Source: Candidatus Eiseniibacteriota bacterium
GTDB lineage: Bacteria; Eisenbacteria; RBG-16-71-46
Direction of reading: 5' to 3'
Length of the DNA: 64,000 nt
Assembly: GCA_041483195.1 (NCBI GenBank)
Contig: JBGPFC010000012.1
Coordinates: 16,230 to 80,229, forward strand
A program made the translations under genes and the position numbers. The notes beneath the pieces were generated by a model. The model was not told the DNA's origin and ran no database searches. It saw only the letters and a program-made list of their open reading frames with translations. Shown piece after piece: positions 53,089 to 61,016 of this stretch; the stretch's first letter is position 1, and the number at the start of each line of letters is the position of its first letter.

Positions 53089-54463
53089 CGTCCGATTCGC
53101 AGCGACGCTCGTCACGCTGGCCACGCTCGTCGTGATTCCCGGCGCGCCGCGGGCCCGCGCCGAATCGGCGCCCGCCGCGCCCGCCGCGGCCGCGGCCGGC
53201 GCACGACGGCTCTCGCTCGCGGAAGCGGTGTCGCTCGCCTCCGCGAACGCCCCGCTCGTGAATCTCGCGCAGCAGAAGGCCGCAGAGGCCGACGCGAAGG
53301 TCGTTCAGGCGCGCGCCGTGTTCCTGCCGGGGCTCAGCGGGTCCGCTTCGGCCACCAACCGCACGTTCAACCTCGAGGCCCAGGGCATCAAGTTCCCAGC
53401 GGCTCCCGGGCAGCCGGCGCTGCAGGAGCCGATCGGGCCGGTGGACAACGTGGACGCGCGGCTGCGCGTGACGCAGACGCTGTTCGATCTCTCGGGCTGG
53501 GCCAGGACCCGCGCGGCGGGCCATGGCGCACGGCAGGCGCGCGCCGAGCGCGGCACCAGCGTCGAGGGCGCGGCGCAGGGCGCGGCGGTCGCCTACCTGC
53601 GCGCCGCGCGCGCGGAGGCCGTGGTCGCCGCCCGCGCGGCCGACGAGGATCTCTCGGTGCAGCTGCTCGCGCTCGCGGAGGCGCAGCTCTCGGCCGGGGT
53701 CTCGCCTGCGATCGACGTCACGCGCGCCCGCACCCAGCTCGCCACCGCGCGCGGCCAGCTGCTGGTCGCGCGCAATCAGCACGATCGCGCGCAGATCGAC
53801 CTCGCGCGCGCGCTCGGGCTCGATCCCACGACGCGCTTCGATCTCGCCGACACGCTCTCGAGCGATCTCGGCGCATCGACCGCGCCCCTGGACCCGGCCT
53901 CGGCGCTGACCCTCGCGCGCGAGCGACGGCCCGATCTCGCCGCGGAGCGCGCGCGGCGCGCGAAGGCCGGCGCCGACAAGCTCGCGATCGCGGCGGAGCG
54001 GCTTCCGCGCGTCGATGCGGCCGCCGACTACGGGCTCTCCGGCGAGCACGGGCCGGACGCGATCGCCACCCGCACCTTCTCGGTGGGCCTCACGCTGCCG
54101 CTGCTCGACGGCCTGCGGCGCGAGGGCCGGCTCGCCGAGCAGGGCTCGATCGTGCGCGAGTCCGACATTCGCACCCGCGACATCGAGGACCAGATCGCGG
54201 CCGAGGTCGAGGGCGCTTTGCTCGATCTGGGCTCCGGTCTCGAGCAGCAGAGCGTGGCCCGCGAGCAGCTCGCGCTCGCCGGTCAGGAGCTCGACGAGGC
54301 GAAGGACCGCTTCGCGAGCGGGGTCGCCGGCAACATCGAGGTCATCAACGCCCAGGTCGCGCTGAATCGCGCGCGCGACGCCGACATCGACACGCGTTAC
54401 GTGGTCGCGGCCGCGCGCGTCGCGCTGGCTCGCGCCGCCGGCGTCGCCGACAGCATTCGCTAG
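53081..54463 (+). CDS. TolC-family outer-membrane efflux protein
   Basis: Signal peptide and two repeat halves with coiled-coil heptads, typical of the OEP family. Confidence 0.7.
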   Translation: MRNVRFAATLVTLATLVVIPGAPRARAESAPAAPAAAAAGARRLSLAEAVSLASANAPLVNLAQQKAAEADAKVVQARAVFLPGLSGSASATNRTFNLEAQGIKFPAAPGQPALQEPIGPVDNVDARLRVTQTLFDLSGWARTRAAGHGARQARAERGTSVEGAAQGAAVAYLRAARAEAVVAARAADEDLSVQLLALAEAQLSAGVSPAIDVTRARTQLATARGQLLVARNQHDRAQIDLARALGLDPTTRFDLADTLSSDLGASTAPLDPASALTLARERRPDLAAERARRAKAGADKLAIAAERLPRVDAAADYGLSGEHGPDAIATRTFSVGLTLPLLDGLRREGRLAEQGSIVRESDIRTRDIEDQIAAEVEGALLDLGSGLEQQSVAREQLALAGQELDEAKDRFASGVAGNIEVINAQVALNRARDADIDTRYVVAAARVALARAAGVADSIR

Positions 54464-54493
54464 CCCATCCCTCACCCCCACGAGGAAACCACG

Positions 54494-55639
54494 ATGAACA
54501 TCCGAACCGAATCCGCGCTCGCCCCGGCCGGCGAGCCCAGCCCCGGCGCCCCGGACGACCGGGCCGCCGCCGAAACCGTGATCCGGCCGCCCCGGGCGGC
54601 GCCCGCGACGGCGCCCGCTCCTTCATCCGCGCCGCGCCCGGGCGGATCGCGCCGCGCCGTGTTCACGGTGCTCGCGATCGCGACCCTCTCGCTGATCGCG
54701 CTCGGCCTGCGCCAGTACCTGTTCGGCCTGAGCCACGTGTCGAGCGACAACGCGCAGGTCGAAGGGCACGTCATCCCGGTGCTCGCCAAGGTGAGCGGCT
54801 ACGTCACCGACGTCTACGTGAGCGAAAACCAGATCGTGCGCGCCGGCGACCCGCTGGTGGTGCTCGACCGGCGCGAGTACGAGGCCAAGCTCGCGCAGAG
54901 CGAGGCCGACCTCGCCTCGGCGGTCGCGAACGCCGGCAGCGACGGACACCCGGGCCAGGCCGACGCCCAGCTCGCGGCCGCGCGCGCCGCCGCGCAGCAG
55001 GCGCAGGCCGCTGCCGACCGCGCGCGCGACGATCTCGAGCGCACCCAGGGCCTCGCGGGGCGGGGCATCGTGAGCAGCCAGCAGCTCGACGCCGCGACCA
55101 CGGCCGGACGCGTCACCGCCGCGCAGCTCGACGCAGCGCAGAAGCAGGTGCTGGCCGCGGCGTCCGCGCTGCAGGGCGCGGGGGCGCGCGCCGCCGCCGC
55201 GCGCGCCGCGCGCGATCAGTCCGCGCTCAACCTCTCGTTCACGCGCATCACGGCGCCGTCGAACGGGGTGGTGAGCCGCAAGACGGTCGAGGTCGGGCAG
55301 CTGGTGCAGGGCGGGCAGCCCACCATGACGGTGGTGCCGCTCGATGACGTGTGGGTGACCGCCAATCTCAAGGAGACCGAGATCGCCGACGTGACGCCCG
55401 GCGACCATGCCGAGATCCGCGTGGACTCGTACCCGGGCCGCGTGTTCGCGGGCCACGTCGAGTCGCTGAGCCCCGCGACCGGCGCGCGCTTCTCGCTGCT
55501 GCCGCCCGACAACGCGACCGGCAATTTCACGAAGGTCGTGCAGCGCATCCCGGTGCGCATCCGCCTCGACGGCGCGCAGGACCCGGCCCATCCGCTGCGG
55601 CCCGGTACCAGCGTCGAGGTCGTGATCCGGACGAGGTGA
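54494..55639 (+). CDS. HlyD/EmrA-family membrane-fusion protein
   Basis: TM anchor, biotinyl-lipoyl-like beta motifs flanking a long coiled coil, and a C-terminal beta-barrel (VVPLDDVWVTANLKETEI...). Confidence 0.75.
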   Translation: MNIRTESALAPAGEPSPGAPDDRAAAETVIRPPRAAPATAPAPSSAPRPGGSRRAVFTVLAIATLSLIALGLRQYLFGLSHVSSDNAQVEGHVIPVLAKVSGYVTDVYVSENQIVRAGDPLVVLDRREYEAKLAQSEADLASAVANAGSDGHPGQADAQLAAARAAAQQAQAAADRARDDLERTQGLAGRGIVSSQQLDAATTAGRVTAAQLDAAQKQVLAAASALQGAGARAAAARAARDQSALNLSFTRITAPSNGVVSRKTVEVGQLVQGGQPTMTVVPLDDVWVTANLKETEIADVTPGDHAEIRVDSYPGRVFAGHVESLSPATGARFSLLPPDNATGNFTKVVQRIPVRIRLDGAQDPAHPLRPGTSVEVVIRTR

Positions 55640-55646
55640 GCGGGCG

Positions 55647-57236
55647 ATGAGCGCGACCACGCTGCGCGCGGCGCACGCCGCGCCGGCCGCGGCATTCGAT
55701 CCGTACGCGAACCGCTACCTGATCGCGATCACGGTGACGCTGGCCTCGGTCATGGAGCTGATCGACACCTCGATCGTGAACGTGGCGATCCCGCACATGA
55801 TGGGCAACCTGGGGGCCACGCTCGACCAGATCGCATGGGTGTCGACCGGCTACATCGTCGCGAACGTGATCGTGCTGCCGATCACCGGCTGGCTCTCGGC
55901 CTTCTTCGGCCGGCGCCGCTACTTCGCGGGCTCGATCGCGCTGTTCACGATCGCTTCGTTCTTCTGCGGCAATTCCCACACGCTGGGCCAGCTCGTGACG
56001 TGGCGCATCCTCCAGGGTCTCGGCGGCGGCGCGCTGCTCTCGACCTCGCAGGCGGTGCTCTACGAGGTGTTCCCGCCGCGCGAGTACGGCGTCGCGATGG
56101 CGATCTTCGGCGTGGGCGTCATGGTGGGGCCGACGCTCGGGCCGACGCTCGGCGGCTGGATCACCGACACCTGGTCGTGGCCGTGGATCTTCTACATCAA
56201 CATCCCGTTCGGCATGCTCGCGCTGGCGCTCACCGTGACGTACCTGCGCGATTCGCGTTACGCCCAGAAGATCGCGAGCGTGGATTGGACGGGACTCGCG
56301 CTGCTGGCGATCGGAATCGGCTCGCTCCAGACCATGCTCGAGCGCGGCGAGCGTGTCGACTGGTTCGCATCGCGCGAGATCGTGGTGCTGGGACTGGTGA
56401 GCGCGATCGCGCTGGTGAGCTTCGTGTGGCACGAGCTGACCACCGAGCATCCGGTGGTGGACCTGCGAATTCTGAAGAACGCACAGCTCGCGGCGGGGGT
56501 GGCATTCGGCGGCATGCTCGGCCTCTGTCTCTACGCCACGGTGTTCGTGCTGCCGGTCTACCTCCAGACCCTGCAGGGCTTCACGGCCAATCAGACCGGC
56601 CTGGTGATCCTGCCGGGCGCGATCGCGAGCGCGGTGGTGATGGGGACCATGGGGCGCATGCGCGGCAAGTTCGACGGGCGCATCAGCGTGATGGCGGGGG
56701 TCGGCATCTTCATGTTCGCGATGTGGCAGATGTCGCAGTTCACCACGTTGAGCGGCAAGCCCGATTTCCTCTGGCCGCTGGTGTGGCGCGGCGTCGGGCT
56801 GGGGCTGATCTTCGTGCCGCTCACCAACCTCGCGCTCGCCGAGCTGCCCATGGAGAGGATTCCGAACGGCACCGGGCTGTTCAACCTCATGCGCCAGCTG
56901 GGCGGCAGCATCGGGATCGCGCTCTCCGCGACCACGCTCCAGCACCTCGAATCGCTCCACCGCTCCCAGCTGGCCGAGCACATCACGCGCTACAGCGACG
57001 TGACCCGCGAGCGGCTCGCGGCGCTCACCGCCACGATGATCTCGCGCGGCGTGCTGCCCGCGATCGCCGAGACCCGGGCGATCGCCGTGCTCGACGGGCA
57101 GGTGACGCGCCAGGCGATGATGCTCTCGTTCGAGCAGCTGTTCCTGTTGTTCGGCTGGGCGTTCGCGCTCGCGCTGCCGCTGCTGCTCTTCATGCGCAGG
57201 GGCCGCGGTTTCCAGGGCGGAGGCGGCGGGCACTGA
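55647..57236 (+). CDS. MFS DHA2-family (EmrB/QacA, 14-TMS) multidrug efflux transporter
   Basis: 14 predicted TMs, the motif GGALLSTSQAVLYEVFPPRE (motif C-like) and the conserved WRWIFYINIPFG. Confidence 0.8.
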   Translation: MSATTLRAAHAAPAAAFDPYANRYLIAITVTLASVMELIDTSIVNVAIPHMMGNLGATLDQIAWVSTGYIVANVIVLPITGWLSAFFGRRRYFAGSIALFTIASFFCGNSHTLGQLVTWRILQGLGGGALLSTSQAVLYEVFPPREYGVAMAIFGVGVMVGPTLGPTLGGWITDTWSWPWIFYINIPFGMLALALTVTYLRDSRYAQKIASVDWTGLALLAIGIGSLQTMLERGERVDWFASREIVVLGLVSAIALVSFVWHELTTEHPVVDLRILKNAQLAAGVAFGGMLGLCLYATVFVLPVYLQTLQGFTANQTGLVILPGAIASAVVMGTMGRMRGKFDGRISVMAGVGIFMFAMWQMSQFTTLSGKPDFLWPLVWRGVGLGLIFVPLTNLALAELPMERIPNGTGLFNLMRQLGGSIGIALSATTLQHLESLHRSQLAEHITRYSDVTRERLAALTATMISRGVLPAIAETRAIAVLDGQVTRQAMMLSFEQLFLLFGWAFALALPLLLFMRRGRGFQGGGGGH

Positions 57237-57312
57237 CGGCGGGGCGCCCGCTTTCCCATCGCGCGCGCGTCGGCTAAGCTCCGTTCCCTCACGGCCGAAC
57301 GGAGAGACTTAC

Positions 57313-57660
57313 GTGCGTTCTGGAATCCTGAATGGCGCTGCGCTCGCGATCGCCCTGGTCCTGATCGCGGCGGGCGGACCGTGGCTGGTGCGGGAGCTGC
57401 AGAGCCTGCCGCGCGGCGCGCTCACCGCGCGCTCGAGCCAGCGCGTGGTCACGCTCGAGGTGGGCGGCATGCACTGCTCGGGGTGCAGCTCGGCCGTGAA
57501 GCGCGAGCTCGCGCGCCTCGACGGCGTCGCGGCGGTGGACGTGCGGCTCCCGGAGCGGCGCGCGTACGTCGTGTGCGAGCGCGGCGTGGCCGACACCGCG
57601 CTCACCGCGGCGGTGAGCCGGGCCGGCCCCGGCTTCCTCGCGAGCGTCGTCACGAAGTAG
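57313..57660 (+). CDS. Membrane-anchored heavy-metal-associated (HMA) domain protein (CopZ-like metal binding site MxCxxC)
   Basis: N-terminal TM (AALAIALVLIAAGGPW) followed by VTLEVGGMHCSGCSSAVKRELARLDGV, a ferredoxin-like HMA fold. Confidence 0.6.
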   Translation: MRSGILNGAALAIALVLIAAGGPWLVRELQSLPRGALTARSSQRVVTLEVGGMHCSGCSSAVKRELARLDGVAAVDVRLPERRAYVVCERGVADTALTAAVSRAGPGFLASVVTK

Positions 57661-57920
57661 CGCGGGCGGTCGCGGTCCTCAATCCGGCTCGACCCGAATC
57701 GGCGCGAAATCCCGCCCGGAATGCCGGGCTGCCCCCGGGGCAGGCCCCCTGGGGGGGAGCCGAATGCCCGAAACGCGGGTCTCGCCGCCCCCCAGATCGG
57801 TCCGTAGTCCTTCGTTCCAGTCTCCGGTGGACAATGGTAGACTCGATCCCTCGCGCCACCGGCGATTTCCCCCCGCCAGGGCGTTTCCTATTGGGTCGCA
57901 ATCGCCGGGAGTCCCTTGCC

Positions 57921-60737
57921 ATGCGTCGCATCTCGCTGTTCGTTGCCCTGGGAGTACTCGCGGCGGGTCTCGTGGCGGCACCCCGATACCTGAAGTCGCT
58001 CCCCGCCTCGACCCCCGCCTTCGTCCACTTCGAGAGCGGCCAGGTGCGCCCCGCCGCGCTCACGCCCTCCGGCGACCGCCTGCTCGTGGTGGACACGCCC
58101 GATGCGCACCTGCGCGTGTTCGACGTGACGGGGTTGAAGCCGCACAAGATCACGGACATCCCGGTGGGCCTCGAGCCGGTTTCGGTCCGGTGCCTCAGCG
58201 ACAGCGAGGCCTGGGTGGTGAACAACGTCTCGGACGACGTGAGCGTCGTGAACCTCAACACGCTTCACGTGCGCGCCGTCATTCGCGTCGGCGACGAGCC
58301 GAACGACGTCGTTTTCGCGAACGGCAAGGCCTATGTCAGCGTTTCGCAGGAAGACGTGGTGAAGGTCTACGACACGACGACCCGGGCGCTGGTCGCGAGC
58401 ATTCCGATCAACGGCCGCAAGCCGCGCACGCTCGCGAGGACGACCGACGGCACCAAGGTCTACGTCGCGGTGTTCCAGGGCGGCAACCGCACCACCGTGC
58501 TCTCGCCCACCAAGGTGCCGGTCGATTCGATGCCCGAAGACTTCGACATCCCGATGGACGGGGGCCTGCCGCCCCAGCCCAACAACGGCCTCATCGTCCA
58601 GAAGCAGGGCGTCAACTGGTACGACATGTACGGCACGCTGTGGAGCTCGAAGGTGAAGTACAACCTGTACGAGGTGGACGTCGCCGAGATCAACACCACC
58701 ACCGACGCCGTGACCCGCGGCTTCGGCGGCATGAGCAGCGTCAACTACGGGGTCGCGGTGAGCCCCACCGACGGCCGCATCGTGCTGACCGGCACCGAAG
58801 CCCGCAACATCCTGCGCTTCGAACCCCGGCTCAACGGGTACCTGGTCGAGACCAACGTGTCGTTCGTGACGCAGGCGGGCGCGGTCTCGGTTCGCAAGCT
58901 CGACCCGCACATCGACTACGACGTGGTGCCCGGCACCCAGGCCGAGGCCGACTCCGCGATCGGGATTCCGAGCGCCGTCACGTTCTCGAGCGACGGCCTG
59001 CGCGCATACGTCACGTCGTTCGCCACCGACAAGCTCGGCGTCATCAATCCGGGCGGCGGCGCGCTCTCGTCGGTGCTCGCGCGGGTGAAGACCGTGGCGG
59101 GCCCGACCGGGGTCGTCTGCGACGGCCCGCGCCACCGCATCTACGTCGTGGGGCGCAATCACAACCAGCTGCAGACTTTCCAGAGCGACTCGCTCTACTC
59201 GATGAGCATCGTGGGCATCGGCTTCGACCCGACGCCCAACCCGATCGTGAACGGGCGGAAGTTCTTCTACGGCGGATTCACATCGGCCCACGGCGACCAG
59301 GCGTGCGCGACCTGCCACGTGTTCGGCGACATCGACAACCTGGCGTGGGATCTCGGCGATCCGCTCGGCTCATACGTCGACCCGCCGAATCCCAATCCGC
59401 TCGGGCTCTCGGGGTTCCACCCGATGAAGGGCCCGATGGTGACTCAGTCGCTGCGCGGGCTCACCAACACCGAGCCGTTCCACTGGCGCGGCGACCGCGT
59501 GAATCTCGCGGCGTTCAACAACGCGTTCCTCTCGCTGCAGGGGCGCGAGGCGCCGCTCGCGGACAGCGAGATGACCGCGTTCAGCGCGTTCGTCATGCCG
59601 ATGGTCTATCCGCCGAACCCCAACGAGAACCTCGACCGCACCATGCCGGACGCGCCGCCCGGGCAGCCCAGCGCGCTGCGCGGGCAGGACTTCTTCATGA
59701 ACGCGATCGTCGACGGCAGCGGCCACACCTGCACGTCGTGCCACACGGCGGCGAGCTTCGGCCCGGGCACCGATCGCGTGATGGTGCCGAAGGCCCAGCT
59801 CGGCGAAGACCAGGACTTCAAGGTCCCGCAGCTGCGGAATCTCTACGAGAAGACCGGATTCCGCGACACGATCGGAGTGACCAACAAGCGCGGTTTCGGA
59901 TTCGACCACGACGGATCGTCCGACAACCTCGTGGACCTGATGAAGAACGTCCACGGACCGATGTTCGACTTCGGGTCGCCGGCCGCGGTGGCCGACGCGA
60001 ACATCCGCGACCTCGAAGCGTTCCTGATGGCGTTCGACACCGGCATGGCGCCGGCGGTCGGCTATCAGCTCGGCTTCGATGGCACCAACAACTCCGACCC
60101 GACCGCGCTCTCGCGCGCGGACACGCTCCGGGGGCAGGCCGCGGCCGGCAACTGCGATCTCATCGCGAAGGGCCGAGTGAACGGGCAGGCGCGCGGCTGG
60201 GTGTACGAAGGCTCCGACCAGTGGAAGCCCGACAAGGTAGCGGAGAGCGACATCACCACCGCTGAGCTGATCGCGCTCGCCGGACTCGGCAGCGAGCTGA
60301 CCGTGACCGGAGTGCCGACCGGGCTCGGATCGCGAATGGGCATCGACCGCGATTGCGATGGTTACCTCGACGGCGACGAGCGTGACGCGGGCAGCGACCC
60401 CGGCGGGCCGGCCTCGAACCCGACCAACGTCGACGTCACGCCTCTGCCTGCGCGCGCCGAGTTCGCGCTGCGCGGCGTGCATCCCAATCCGTTCCGCTTC
60501 GGCACCGACGTGATGTTCACGCTCGGCCGCGCGAGCCGCGTGGATCTCGTGGTGTTCGACATCATGGGGCGCGAGGTGCGCTCGGTGGTGCGCGGCGAGT
60601 GGATGGCGGCGGGACCACAGACCCTGCGCTGGGACGGCCGCGACGCGAGCGGCCGCGAGGCCGGCGCCGGCGTTTACTTCGTGAAGCTCCGGACCGAAGC
60701 CGCCAGTTGGACCCGCACCGTGGTACGCGTGAGGTAA
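57921..60737 (+). CDS. Secreted fusion protein: YVTN-type beta-propeller, di-haem cytochrome c peroxidase (CCP/MauG-like) domain and T9SS / FlgD-Ig-like C-terminal domain
   Basis: M at residue 181 of the fused track ORF 57381..60737, with a signal peptide. Two CxxCH motifs (CATCH and CTSCH) lie about 148 aa apart, as in the CCP family. A FHWRGDR segment (cf. CCP FWDGRA) and PLADSEMTAFSAFV lie between the two haem motifs. The CTD is HPNPFRFGTDVMFTLGRASRVDLVVFDIMGREV...GVYFVKL. Confidence 0.6.
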   Translation: MRRISLFVALGVLAAGLVAAPRYLKSLPASTPAFVHFESGQVRPAALTPSGDRLLVVDTPDAHLRVFDVTGLKPHKITDIPVGLEPVSVRCLSDSEAWVVNNVSDDVSVVNLNTLHVRAVIRVGDEPNDVVFANGKAYVSVSQEDVVKVYDTTTRALVASIPINGRKPRTLARTTDGTKVYVAVFQGGNRTTVLSPTKVPVDSMPEDFDIPMDGGLPPQPNNGLIVQKQGVNWYDMYGTLWSSKVKYNLYEVDVAEINTTTDAVTRGFGGMSSVNYGVAVSPTDGRIVLTGTEARNILRFEPRLNGYLVETNVSFVTQAGAVSVRKLDPHIDYDVVPGTQAEADSAIGIPSAVTFSSDGLRAYVTSFATDKLGVINPGGGALSSVLARVKTVAGPTGVVCDGPRHRIYVVGRNHNQLQTFQSDSLYSMSIVGIGFDPTPNPIVNGRKFFYGGFTSAHGDQACATCHVFGDIDNLAWDLGDPLGSYVDPPNPNPLGLSGFHPMKGPMVTQSLRGLTNTEPFHWRGDRVNLAAFNNAFLSLQGREAPLADSEMTAFSAFVMPMVYPPNPNENLDRTMPDAPPGQPSALRGQDFFMNAIVDGSGHTCTSCHTAASFGPGTDRVMVPKAQLGEDQDFKVPQLRNLYEKTGFRDTIGVTNKRGFGFDHDGSSDNLVDLMKNVHGPMFDFGSPAAVADANIRDLEAFLMAFDTGMAPAVGYQLGFDGTNNSDPTALSRADTLRGQAAAGNCDLIAKGRVNGQARGWVYEGSDQWKPDKVAESDITTAELIALAGLGSELTVTGVPTGLGSRMGIDRDCDGYLDGDERDAGSDPGGPASNPTNVDVTPLPARAEFALRGVHPNPFRFGTDVMFTLGRASRVDLVVFDIMGREVRSVVRGEWMAAGPQTLRWDGRDASGREAGAGVYFVKLRTEAASWTRTVVRVR

Positions 60738-61016
60738 CAGCCCCTTGCCGCACGCCGCGGACCGCCCGGGCGGAACAAGCGCCCGGGCGGTCTCGCTTTG
60801 TGGATCGCGAGCGCGAGGCGGCCGGCGAGCGAGGGCTCGCACGACTGTCGCTTCGGCTGACAGTTCCGGCGGAAAAGGCAGAGCGCGCTCGAGCCGCGAC
60901 GCGCGTGCAATACCTCCAGCTCCACGCCCGCCCGCGACTTGGACGAAACAGCATTCCGCGGCACGCGGATTGCGCTTGGTGATCCGGGTTACGGATTCGC
61001 CATGGAGGCACCCGTC

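Noticed and set aside
57381-57920. N-terminal 180 codons of track ORF 57381..60737, overlapping the HMA gene
   Set aside because: R/G-rich and out of frame with the HMA gene. The genuine start is the Met before the signal peptide (57921).
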